A stretch of 64,000 nucleotides of DNA from Lingula anatina (Eukaryota; Animalia; Brachiopoda). Of the stretch, positions 10,247 through 23,100 are shown piece after piece. The notes below the pieces were generated by a model. The model worked only from the letters and a program-made list of their open reading frames with translations. It had not been told where the DNA came from and did no database searches. Where the stretch lies: the NCBI GenBank assembly GCA_051362555.1, contig CM120645.1, positions 8,494,001-8,558,000 of the forward strand, written 5' to 3'. Each line of letters starts with the position of its first letter. Position 1 is the first letter of the stretch. The translations under genes were made by a program, and so were the position numbers.

Positions 10247-13068
10247 GCATACTTCAGAGGTACAATAGATGAAACTTTAAAGAGGACTTTTAGATATTTT
10301 CAAATATATACATACTGTATTTAATAAGGGTCACTTGCCAGTTTATGCATTTACATAAAATTGCAACATTTTGACTAACTAAAGACATTTTTAGTCAACC
10401 ATTGTTGAAATTATGCTAATTGACTTTGAAAATTAAATGTCAATTTATACTATTCTAATTTATAATGTTATACATATTTGTTATTTCATTAGCATCATAG
10501 CCTTATCTCTATTTTATAGTATAATAAGAAATAAAGATGGCTCTAATACTTATTTGTTTTTATAGAGTAAGATTCCAAGAAATATGTGAGAAGAAAGTAA
10601 TTGTGCCCAATATTACCATCATGAGGGATGTGGCCATTGCAAGTTCCGAGTTTGTACCTGGGGAGCAAGCTATCACAAAACTACAGGACTTTCAAGAGGA
10701 CCCTGTCTTGTTTAGTTATTGTTCTCTTCCCGAGGTAGTTTACACATGTTAAATAAATGGTGAATTTTTGTTATTTTTGCTTATTTACTGACTACTCCTA
10801 CTTAAATTGAATCAGATTTAGAAATTATAAAAAAAAGTTGCAACATTTAGCAGATACCAAGTTGAAGAATTGTCAAAAACTTTGAAGGTGTATCTGTTCC
10901 CTCTTAATAATAACAACAGAAATATATTCATGTGGGATTTAAAAAAAAAATCCTTACATTTTCAGGTAACAATGTATGCTGAAGCATTCCTTGGACCAAA
11001 CATAATGGCCATGCATACTATGCTGATCAACAAACCTCCAGACCCAGGTGAAAGAAAGTGTGCTTATAATTTCCAGACTTGATATGTGTATTTTATTTTC
11101 AAAAAATTGAAATTTTATATTGTTCTTTATGTATTCCTTGTGTATTTGTTTTTTTTTTTTTTTTTTTTTTTTCTAAATTATGAATTTTGCAACAGTCATC
11201 AAATGTTGCATACTAGTACAAGTGTCTAGATCAGAATTTCAAATCAGTGGTATTTGATCTTTAAACTGATCAGACAAACTGATGATTTGATTGTTTACAG
11301 ATTTATAAATTTTTGCCAACTGATAAGGCAAACAATATGACATAACAAGTTTCTGATAAACCAGCATAAGATTAAGTCATATTCAGAGATTGCGTATGTA
11401 AATTATGTTTATTTAATATTACATACCTATCCAGCCATGTTATTATGTCATTGTTTTATATGTAACTGGTAAAAACATATATTTGAGTAAAAAAAAATAC
11501 CATTTTTATCCCCCCCCCCCACAAAAAAATAAATAACCTGCCATATTTACGTACATTGATTTGCATTGTATTTAAATAACTTTCAAGTGAAAACATAAAC
11601 ATATGGCTGTGTCTTGTCTTTGATGTATATTTTTTAGTTTTATTTTTGTATGTGCAGGTGTGTGCATGCGTTGTCATATTATGAACCGAGTAATTATAAT
11701 GTGATATCTAAAATTCTTCAAGGCACCAAATCCTCCAGACACCCAATGCATCAAGACCTTCACTACTTCCCTTTCCGTCCCGCCGACAGGATTGTCTGCT
11801 CGTGGACCGCCATGGAGCCTGTCAACCGCCAAAATGGCTGCCTGGTGGTGCTGCCTGGGACCCACAAGGGGGAGCTGCTGGTGCATGATTATCCCAAGTG
11901 GGAGGTACTTGTCAGATCTGTCGTGTGTGGCACCATCTATTTGTCATTCTGTGTATTATTTTTAGGACCCTGCTTTGGGTTTATATATAAAAGCCACGGC
12001 ACATGGGGAGCTTCTCACTTGGTGAAGAGAATGTCCCTGTGTTTATCTGATATCATTCTGGGCCTGATTTTTTCTTCAGCTTCTTCTTCTTTAATCTTAG
12101 TCTGTTTTTGTTCATACTGAAAAAAAAATGTGATGTTTGAATTCTTTAATGTACGTACATGTATTTTGTATGCCATGGCACATGTAGGTATGTATTTGTA
12201 CATACACATTTGTGAATATTATTATCAAATTATTATCAAAGACAACGGCCCTGTGAATCAGTATTCAAAAAAAAAAAATTTTTTTTCACATTTTTCCTCT
12301 CTAGGGTGGTGTAAACAAGATGTATCACGGTATTCAGGACTATTCTCCAGATCACCCCAGAGTTCACCTGGAGATGGCGCCAGGAGATACTGTTTTCTTC
12401 CACCCGCTTCTTATCCATGGGTCAGGAATGAACAGGACGAAAGGGTTTAGGAAAGTGAGTTTTTTTGTTGAATCTGTTGTCAATAGACCTGTTTGTGTTA
12501 AGGATTTAGAAATGTGAGTTTTTAAGTTGAATCTAACATAAATAGACCTGTTTGTATTAAGGGTTTAGAAATGTGAGTTTTTATGTTGAATCTGACATAA
12601 ATAGATTTTTTTTTATCAAAGTCACTGACTCATTTGGTGTTTGTGTTTTATTAACTGTGTTTTATATCCATTCTTTCCAGTCCATCTCCTGCCACTATGC
12701 GTCTTCTGACTGTGAGTATATCGATGTGACAGGCACCAGTCAGTCAGGGCTGGCTAACGAGGTCCAGAAGATTGCAGAGAGGAGACTTGGAAAGGACGTG
12801 CAGGTCACGTTTTCTGTAAGTGCATTCTGTCAGAAACAACGATTTTCCCAGCGTACTGTCCAGCCATATAGACGGCCAATTTTTTCAAAGACAGCTGGAT
12901 GGCTTATAAATGTTTCTGAAATATGATGGCTTGGACGCCATGAAATTTTGTAGGGAATTACAGATGATAATTTTGGACAACCTTGGTTTAACCTTGAGGT
13001 GCCACCTGAATATAAATAATATCTAGTAACATGATTGGATTCCGAGTTATTCAAGCGTAAAACATTGA

Positions 13069-13124
<56 letters not shown>

Positions 13125-13295
13125 TTCTAATACACCTTACAGGAGTAATTCTAGCCATTTCTTGGAATTTAAATATCTAATGCAATGTAACTATTCAGAA
13201 TGATAACGTGTTTTATTATAATGTGAGTATTTTCATTGTAGGACATATGGTCACTGAAGGCCAGATTGGTCAAGGGGGTGCAAAGTAAGTTATAA
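7767..13295 (+). CDS. PHYH: Phytanoyl-CoA dioxygenase, peroxisomal (8 exons)
   Basis: Exons 7767-7826, 9987-10150, 10566-10734, 10966-11047, 11723-11904, 12305-12454, 12681-12815, 13242-13295; all GT-AG with consistent phase. PhyH motifs: [38 protein letters not shown] (HxD), [15 protein letters not shown] (distal His), [24 protein letters not shown]-terminus is SKL. Confidence 0.96.
7935..8662. mobile_element. 728-bp non-autonomous hAT-like DNA element, copy 1
   Basis: Termini TAGGTATATCAG...GTGATCTACCTA (imperfect TIR). Flanked by direct repeat AACAAGT (7928-7934 / 8663-8669). Confidence 0.8.
8859..9586. mobile_element. 728-bp non-autonomous hAT-like DNA element, copy 2 (inverted relative to copy 1)
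   Basis: Near-perfect reverse complement of 7935-8662, with its own 8-bp TSD TTCTCACA (8851-8858 / 9587-9594). Confidence 0.85.
10183..10246. repeat. (TTA)n microsatellite
   Basis: Visible trinucleotide run. Confidence 0.95.
12442..12605 (+). repeat. 59-bp minisatellite (about 3 units) overlapping the PHYH exon 6 donor
   Basis: AGG(G/A)TTTAG..A.GTGAGTTTT..GTTGAATCT recurs at 12442, 12501 and 12560. Confidence 0.85.
13070..13120. repeat. (CA)n microsatellite
   Basis: Visible run. Confidence 0.95.
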
Positions 13296-15462
13296 AGTCA
13301 AGGCTGAAGATGACCAGTGAGATGACCAATGTACTTTGATTTCACAAAAGATGAGCAATGAGATAACCAGTGAGCATTGAGTTTATAGAACATGACCAGA
13401 AGGAGGATGCCATGTGGATACAAAAATAAATCTACTAATTATGTGATATTTTAAGGACAGTTTTCAGCAAAAGATTTGTTTTAATCTTTGAGACAAATTT
13501 GAGATAATCATTTAGAAAAAAAATACAAGTTGTTTGACATGCATCAGTCAAAAGATAAATGTGTCTAGATAGATTGGACGCCGGCTGATTGAAAGGCATG
13601 GTGGGACCATGATTTTGTAAAGAAGAGAGGGGCACAAAGTGAAAAAAGTTTTCAGGAGCAAAATGAGGCAAAGATAAAATGGTAATTGAGGATATTTTAC
13701 TGTATTATGTAGTACGCAGGGATAATTTTTTACAGTAATTTATTTATTATTATTTGTTTGCATATACCTCTGTCCCCAGAAGCACTGTTGTGTGAGACAT
13801 TGGGGTGAATTGCAAGAAATGCTTCTACTAATCACAAGCTATTAGTTTACAGATGTTTTTGACATTATTTAATCTGAAGCACGAGTATCAACTTAAGGAT
13901 GTATGTGATCTATAATAATTATTCTATTCAGTCAACATGAAAGAGAGGCTTTGTGTTGAATTTTGATGTAAAAACTTCGCGATTTTTTAAAATAATTTTA
14001 CTGCACGAATAGAGTATGTTATTTTTGCACTTTGACCACACAACTTAATATCTGATTAAAAATTTCTTTTCACTTTTACGGTAAAACTTTATCTGCACAT
14101 GGTTGTTGGGTTAAAGTGGGATTTTTAGGTTTGAGATATTTTTCTCCACAACTTTTTACCAAAATAAAAAATGCATCAGAATTAGCTCAAAGTGAAACAA
14201 ATTTTCATGACAGAGATTTTGGGAATTATTTGTCTCCATTTAAAGCCATATGTATGGTGAAATTAAGCCTGTGTATGACATATGTGAATGTTAATAACAG
14301 ACATTTGGGTAATATTGTTTAAGGTGTAATTTTACAAAAGAGGGAAAGTGCAGATATAGGAAGATCAATTAGAATACTATAACATTGGTATGATAACATT
14401 TCAACTGTTACAGAGTTTAATTATTAAGATAGAACCTTATTAAGTGGGAATTGTGATGAATTTATCACCTTAGAAGGTTTCAAGTAGAGTGATCACCAGA
14501 AACAATTTATAAAAAGAAAAATTTTGGCTAGTTCATGTTAATTTTGAAACATTGTTTGACGCCACTTTTCACTTTTCTTTTGAAGTTTTTTTTTTCATTT
14601 TTGAAAGGAATAGTTTAAGTCTATGAAAGGAGCATCAGTGAACCTATGTGTACCTGCCACCCATTAACTATAACTATTTTTCCTCAGTATTCATCATCAG
14701 ACAATCTTAGATAAAGACATTTTAAAACTTGAATTGCTGAATGTGCAAGTGTTGTAATTGAACATTATAAGGAATGTTTTACAGGTTATCATTACTTAAT
14801 GTAATACAAATAACTTGCAAATAAAAAAAGAAATTTCCTTTATACCAGTGCCAAATTTTGAAGCGATGAAATTGTTATGATTTTGTTGCTCAATGATTCT
14901 TACAGCAAATTGTTATGGTGAACTTATAGAACTAATTCTAATTAGTAATTTATTTTCATATTTAAGTGATTATAAATACTGACTTGTATTAGACTAGCAT
15001 GTCCCAGTGGCAGAGCAGAATTGAACGTGTTTAAAGTACAGCATTTTAATTTGCAGGGAAATGAAATTTGAAGTTGTTAATCAAACAGTGTTTGTGATGA
15101 ATTTTATAAAATTAAACGAAGAAAAAAAATCAATTTATGTTCTTTGTTTTATTTGTTGACTTTAATTTTATTCAATTTATTTTGAAACAATACTTTAAAG
15201 ACCAAATTTACATGGTAATAATATACTTTTGTGACAAAAAGCACGTCCTCTCTACGGCAAAAAAAGCGCATCTTTCTTCACTAGGGAAACGGTCCCGTGA
15301 TAAAAGTCGCCATAAAGTGCGTTTCTATTATACTGCATGTTGGTCTGGGTTTGAGCGATTTCCACTTGATTTTCCCGAGAACGATAATAAAGGGTTTGTT
15401 TCCTGTTAAAACAAAACTGATTTCAATAATATATGTTGTACTTACATGTGCCTTAAACTCAG

Positions 15463-15504
<42 letters not shown>

Positions 15505-16335
15505 ACCCGTAAAGGCGTCCCTTCTTCTAACGATTGCCTCCCGTCACTTGCTTTGGAACATAAAAAGATTCACCCAACAACCATTTTTACTGTACTGTTG
15601 TCATACTGTAAAGCATCATCAAGATGATGACGCTCTTCATTGTTACAAAAGCGAAGCGTAGCTGTTTCATGGATGTTTCATGGTTCAAAGTGAGTTATAA
15701 TCATCACTAAAACGTTTATAAATGCTACCAAAACGTGCTTGCCGAAAAATATTCAGTTTACCTATTCAATTTTGAATTCTTAACCCAGAATTTTGAGATA
15801 TTTGAAACATTGCTTCCTTCTTCACTTGAAGTGGTACCATTCCACCCATGGTCTGGTTTACAAACTGTTTTTTAAATTAACAAATGGAATTTCTATGTAT
15901 ATCAGTCTTTGATTTCATAACCTTGTCTCTGATAAAGCCATTTTTTCCCAAATTTTCCTTAAAATGTATATTAAGATTGTTAACATGAAAATTAGAAACT
16001 TTGACATAATTCCTTTCGTAGGGATGCTTTGCTTGGTGAAAAGTTTCAAAGCCTACGTCATTTGTACATTACTGGTAATTTTCCAGAATTTCCCGCATAT
16101 TATATTGTGTTTTGCAACCCCTTGTCTCCTCTAACACAATCCAGTCTGAAATGCCTCACCCGAAGCGACCTGGAAATCTATAAAAATATTAATTTAGCAT
16201 TAATCTTGTCTATCACCAAAGAATTTCTCTGGACATCTTTTATGTCCGTGTATATTCCACTGTAGAAGTCTAGTTTTTCCTTGTTTGAGAATAATTATCT
16301 TGGCCTTATAGAAGGTAAATGTCAAATTATTGACA

Positions 16336-16591
16336 ATCAATCAATCAAATAACAGGAGGCTCAGAGTAAACCGCTTTGGCCCCCAAACGCCTAATATCCT
16401 GTGTCTTTCTGTATATCTCAGTCATTCTTCTGCCATTCATATTCTCTCTTATATTGTCTGTGGATCTCGTCTTTGGCTTTCCTTTTCCTCTTTTGCCGTA
16501 CTCCCATTCCTATTTCTATTTTTTCCGCACGGGATATTTTAATTGCTTTTGTCTTTTGTTGCGTTTAATGTCAGGCCGAAATTATTACTGA
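16336..16591 (-). mobile_element. 5'-truncated RTE-clade LINE 3' fragment
   Basis: 13-bp TSD CAAATTATTGACA (16323-16335 / 16592-16604) and a (GATT)n tail. Minus-strand translation YGKRGKGKPKTRSTDNIRE…KTQD resembles the RTE C-terminal GKRxRGRP motif. Confidence 0.7.
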
Positions 16592-16872
16592 CAAATTATT
16601 GACACGTTTATTTAATTAACTATGGCCAGATACATCAAACCTGCATTCATCACTTAAGACCATTAGCACGGGAAACTACGTGTTGGCAATTTTATTTACG
16701 TTTATTAATCTAACACAATTAGTAAACAGTAGAAGCACAAATAAATCTTCTAACTCATGATTCATAGTTCATTTATGGTGGAGTGTTTATCTGAATCTGG
16801 AAGTTGTACTGGCCGTCCCATACATTTGAAACGGTCTGCCGCGCTGCCTCTAGATAGTAAGCATGCTGTGCG

Positions 16873-16905
<33 letters not shown>

Positions 16906-17977
16906 AGTGATTCAGTTCAACAAAATTATGGTAAAATCATTAGTATCAATATTTAGTGTGCGAGCTGTTTCAAATATCAATTAAAATGACTGCCTGCACT
17001 TACAGCACTTACAGTAAAACGTGTTTATTTGCTTACTATCATCTAATGAAAGGGCATGTTTGCAAAATTTACCTCGTGTTTAATGCATATTATTCGGACA
17101 GCTTAAGTGGGGATCTTTGAAGTTAGATTGTCACAGGTGTATTTGTTTACTCGCCACCTTCCGAGGAGAGAATTCACCTGGTGACTTTCATTCAAAGCTG
17201 GTCACCTCCTTCGAACTCTAAGAGTGCTTTTGCAAGAGAGCACGTGCGACCATATTTCGATCGATGTACGTTGAAATGGCATTCAACGTAATTCTCTCTC
17301 TCTGTGTGTGTTTGCCCGTCCGTTGAGGTATTATCATTAGACTACTTTGGGTCATCATTTAGCGCTTGCAACCTGTCACAAGAAAATTGATTTTAAATTT
17401 GTTATGGTTTGGAGGTGACACTAGAGGCGTGCGTGCGTGCGTGTTTGCGTGCGTGCTCGGGTGCGCGCGTGTGTGATGAAATCAATTAGGAAAATACTAA
17501 ATGAGTAATTTACCGTCAGTATACAACATGACAGCTGTGAATCGCGCAAATTGAAAAATAATCATCAATTCCTTTGAAACAAAAAAAGTGTTGACTACCG
17601 GAGGTAGAATTATCTATAGCTAAGTGCAAAACAATCAATGAAAAACGCCCACTAGTTCAGGGAAGAAGTTAAAGGTTCCAATATGTATTAATGTGTTGTA
17701 ACAGTCATCCGCAACAGCCTGGAAAATACGGGCAAAATTTCGCACCTAAACCATACCTGCAGGCCAGTGTATTCTGCTACGTAGGAAACGAACCTACCGC
17801 CTACGCTCGTGGTAGCCTATATGTCGCAGTAGCTTTTGCGCGTCTTTCAAGGTTGTATTTTCTTTGCATTCTGTGAGGCATGCGTAAGGCATGTACATGA
17901 ACTTAATGGCGTGTGATTAATATGTGGCATTGTTTTATTAATTAATTAATTTTTCATTTTATTTTATTTTATTTTTA

Positions 17978-18008
<31 letters not shown>

Positions 18009-20146
18009 TTGGAGGGGGGGATATGACAGTCCTGGGAAGTCTGAGGTCTCATGTGGCTAGTATAGGTAAGGGTTATTACCTGTATGGAGGTCAATATCTG
18101 CGACGAGTGTTACATGTAGAAAGTAATAGAAAACGGACTACGGTTTCCACCGAACTACCAATCCTGTAGATCTATGGCGGAACCTCAGTAAGAGCTTTTC
18201 ATGCTGACTTACCGATTAAAAAGCTAAACCTACAATCATGTCACCGGACACCGTAAAATAAAACGTGCGACGACAAATAAATTACGTCGTCGATCAAATG
18301 CAAACTACTCTACAACAAAATAATCTATAAAAACACCGGCTTAATAGATGAAATTGTATTCAGTAGGCAATCATTCAATGACAATTCTATTAACTGGTGG
18401 ACATAAAAGTGAAATACTTATCACAAGCAGATGATAGCGTTACAGAACAAGCCAATGCAAAAATCAATGAAAAACACTAATTTTTAGACACCATTAACGA
18501 AGCAATTATGCAGTTGAGTCTTCTAGGCACACATCTACACATATGCAAATGTGGAACTAGAGGACACAGTAAAACACCCCATTCCCACCCCCAGTCTTTA
18601 GAGTTACCCTTTCCTTCACATTTCCCTAAAAAAAGGCACAACAAGCAAAATGAGACAAAACCAAGCCACTTCCTCGTACTCTACATGTTACAGCAAAACT
18701 GTCCTCTTCTTCTGTTTGCTATTTGCTCAACAAAAGCGCCCCCGCCCCCCTTGGTATGTCACTGGGTATACCCACTTGGTATCCTAGGTATGTCACTTAA
18801 TACATGTAAAGGTTTTCGTAAAACTTAACAGAAATGAATTGAAAGACGTGGGGGACAGCATGCATATGATATGGTAATCTTCTATGAGGACTGGACACTT
18901 AAATTGACAGACAGACGGACAGACAGACAGACAGACAGCAGTTGCACGGAGGGGGAGGGGTTAGTGGAAGAGGTTTTATTTCAGTGAATATTCTACCCTC
19001 GAGCAGGGGATTGGGGCTTGGACACTAGCCTAGCTAGGCTTGCAGCCACGCGGACACGTCGGTGACAGATATAAGTACAACTCTGCAGCGTGACACACAA
19101 AAAACACCTTAATAGGCCTACAGAGACAGGAAACACGAGCACTTCATGTGATAAATAATCAATGAAAAACATGGTGCTAGATAAATGTTTCCCGACACTA
19201 GATTTTACATTTGGCATTGACACATCAATAACAAGGGACGCGTTAATGCTGGAGCGCGTCAACCCACGTGAAAATTAATCCAAATAGCTGTTGGATAAAC
19301 TACCATCAAACAAATGTGCCTCTCGTTCAGCGGGACAGGCAATGAGTGATAAGTTTTAGTTGAAAAAAGACAAGAAGGACAACGCTAGATGTAGAATTAC
19401 GGATTGGCATTAATAACAAAAGATACCCCAGTAGTAAAATAAGAACACACAACAACGAAGGACAAAAGAGGCACTTACTTCTTTTTTATACACAGGGAAC
19501 ATCATCGATAACAAAAGACAATGGACTAATGCACATTGCTACTTGTAAAAAGCGTAGATCACTTTGTGAAAGGTATCAGATCCAGAACTGTTTGTCAACA
19601 GCAAGCAATCGTACCTCGTCAACAAAGGAAAGCAGTATACTCATAACTTCGTTACAATTGAAAAATAATCGAGAAGCACCATGAAAAATTCACGATAGAT
19701 ATAGGCCTAAATTTATGTGTTTGAAGTCCGTAAAAGAATAGTTGAAATCAGGAACGAGAAGTCGCTCATGAGGGACGGGATGGAATAGACATAACGTTTA
19801 GCGATATCTAGGAACTGAAAGCGACTTGCACGACGGAAAAACTACGCTCGGAGTTGTCATATTTGAGAGCTATATTAATTTAAGAGAACTCAGAGTAATT
19901 TGACCATCAACCTTTCCCCCTCCTACCCCTGCAGAACTGTACTTACTATCAAGGAACATCGCGATAAGGCAGTATCTGTACTACCCAATACTACAACCAG
20001 CTTGGACAGTCGCCTCGAGTAATGGACAATGTGAATGGGTCGGTTAAGTGTTATTACCGCTGGACTACGGTCTGTAGTGACCACTGGCTAGTGCCGACAG
20101 TGACGTTAACGTTAAATATCGGCCATAGTACTACAACGGTGCATCG

Positions 20147-23100
20147 ATGAAGCGTTGGCTGGTTTTGGTTCTCTGTCTAGGTAAGAAATTAGCTATTATT
20201 ACTTGTGATTAAAGTTTTAGTTTCTTGATAATTAAAGTGTAAAATAACCAATACCATATTTCTGCTTTTGATGAACGTTACCTTGAACCAAAATGTATAA
20301 GTCTTGATGACAATTCACGGTTGGGGAATTGTTTGATGGAAAATGGGTGGCATTTTACGGGTTTTCAATGGAAAATTAAACGGTTGTGTGCTCAGAAATG
20401 TATTGTTCTACACTGATATTGTTTGTACATATACATTGTTTCTATGACAAGTTTTTTTCTTTAGTTCGTTGAATATTTATTGCTCTGCTTTGCTTCAAAA
20501 TCTATCTATCTATCTTTCTATCTATCTATTTATATATATTTCCATGCACTGTTTAACCTTCTTTATTTCAAATTAACTGCTGTCTTGTTCCAAACTACTA
20601 CAACCAAAGAGTCTTGCGGCGCCCTGCACAGCATTTGTCGAAAAACAACATCTTTGCCATCCTAAAAGCAAGTTCTTGGAGCAAGCAAAGATAATTATTT
20701 AATTTTGTGCTTTAACTAAACAAAAGGTTTGCGTCCCTTTTCTTAATCTAACTATTTCCCTGACAACAGCCTAATATTATTTAAGTACAGACATAAAAAG
20801 AAACAACAGTTTTAAGTGGTTCAGCTTTTATATGTGCATGCAACTTCAGTCTCAATACGTTGATGCTCTGTAATTCGATACTACAAAAAGATTTTACGTC
20901 GATGAGTTGCTATGAAAGATACACCAGCTTGAAATTATTTTAGCCCACATTGAGGCTTACTGAACATGAATGTCCTTAAATCGAACCCTGCCAACAAGCT
21001 AGTTCAATTAGGTAGAACTATAAATAAACCTTTGAAAAAAAGCACTGCTTATTGTAGACGCTCTTGTGTGTTACGAACAAAACGACATTGGAGCAACTAT
21101 TATTACGAGTTCGATTCTACTTCTCTGCCTATAGAAATGGCACGGAATTGCTCTCAGAAGATTTCACGCGTTGGGTGTGTTGGTTCTGCAGGGGTATTTA
21201 TTGGGGCTGGCATTGAAGAAAAGTGTATAGTTATTGTAGACATTTTCAGACGAAAGATGGGTTCCGAGTTGTTATCTATCGAATGACCATCACCGTTACT
21301 GCCGATAATAATTGGCCGACCGGATGGTGCACGGTTAGAGTCTCCTCCTCCGAAGTGGGAGGACGTGGGTTCAAATCCGTCCGGGGACATACCAGTCCTT
21401 TATAAACGGTACCTGCTGTCTCCCCGCTTGGCACTCAGCACTAAGGGGTTAAAGCAGGGGCCTGGTCTGGCAGTGGAGAAATGATACGTTTGTTAGCCCT
21501 GAGCGCCTAATATGGCAGCTGGGCTGTATCCTCCCCAGGGAGGTGAGAGCGACTATAGAGTGCAACAGGGCCAAAATGACCAGGCTTCTCTGACTTAAGT
21601 AAATTTCATTTTTTAAAATAAATAAATAAATAAATAAAAAGTATACTAACAAATGAAGCTCGCCTTAATTTAACATTTTTTTTAGTAAATGTTACTAAAT
21701 CAATCTACATGTCTTTTCTTTAAACATCTTTAAAAGTATCATCCTCAGATGTATTTTACAAATCACAGGTAATGAAATACAACTATATCTCATTTGCCAC
21801 ACCTGTAAGTATCATAATATGTACCTTGATCTAAGACATCCCCTGCACATGCCATGCAAACAAACTGGCAGCTTGGCCAATAAACTTGGTCAATTAACTT
21901 GAACATTATGCTGTTAACAATGCAAAGACACCATAACAAATGGGACCAGCCAGGGCGTAATAAACATGGGGTCTGGGCTTTTTATGCATAGGACTAGTTT
22001 GGTCCGGGCCTTTGACATATATACAGACTTGACATTTAATATGGAATATTTCAGTTTCAACGGTATGCTTAGGTAAAAATGCGTTCTTTTTTCATAAAAT
22101 AGATCTCATATAAGATATCTGACTGGAGAAATGTGAAGTCAGGTGTTTCGCTACCAGTTAACTGACTACCAAGTCTGTTGCACTGTTGCGTTGTGTAATA
22201 TGCAGTGATTTAATTGGGTAGTGCTCCTTTGGCCTGGTCTAAGCTGGGCTTTGGCGAAGCATGGTTCCGTCAAAAAAGTATCCATATGTCGGCAACTACT
22301 GCATGTAAGCGGTCGGTTTTGCAGTGCGTAAAATGAGTTCAACACTGTTTTACAAAATTGTAAATCTGTGCCAGAATGGCGCGAAAAAGACAGACATTGC
22401 CAGACAAACGGAATGGTCTGCACAGTTCTATATGGAGTTATGCCCAGACTAATGTACCTACACAGAGACCACGCCCAATGTATTGACATCTTACCAACAG
22501 GGCACAGGACTCACTGTCCTTCAGGATATACTGCTGCAATTAAACAAAGTTCACATATATACATATATATAACTTCAACCTTCGGGTTGCTATGTTTCAA
22601 TAAAGATTATTATTATTATTATTATTATTTTGTCAATTACCCTTCTGCTGCTCTTCTTCTTCCTGTACCGGTGCTACTGTACTACTACTACCACTTATTT
22701 TCATTTGTACGACTCACGTCGCCATTAATATCATGTAGGTTGTCTTGACCAAATTAAGCTATTGTTTTCCATTTTTTGGACGCTTGTCGAATTTTGCCTT
22801 TTTTTCGTTTAGCTTCGGCTATTCGACTACATCTCCGACAACCGTTGATGCCCTTCACTCTTAAATTTTCAGTCTTCGTTTATTCTACATTCTTTTCACT
22901 TTATTCTATTCACTTGTCACATAATACTAATATATATTATTTATTATATCTGTATATTTTAGTAGGAAAACGCATTAATAAGAGGCCTTACTTAATATCT
23001 ACGCCTCACGTTTCAATCATTCTAGAATTAAAAAATAATAATAATATTGCAGGCTGACGCTATCGGAAATTTCAGTTTTTGTTGAAAAGTTTCGCTCATA

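Noticed and set aside
17100-17210. Cluster of TCF-, Fox- and E-box-like motifs
   Set aside because: Short motifs are expected by chance, and an enhancer call needs conservation data.
21315-21390. tRNA-like sequence
   Set aside because: It has no complete cloverleaf and continues into a SINE core and tail, so it is a SINE head.
22040-22630. Possible old LINE 3' fragment (LGFGEAW peptide, AATAAAG(ATT)n tail)
   Set aside because: Too degenerate to support boundaries or family.
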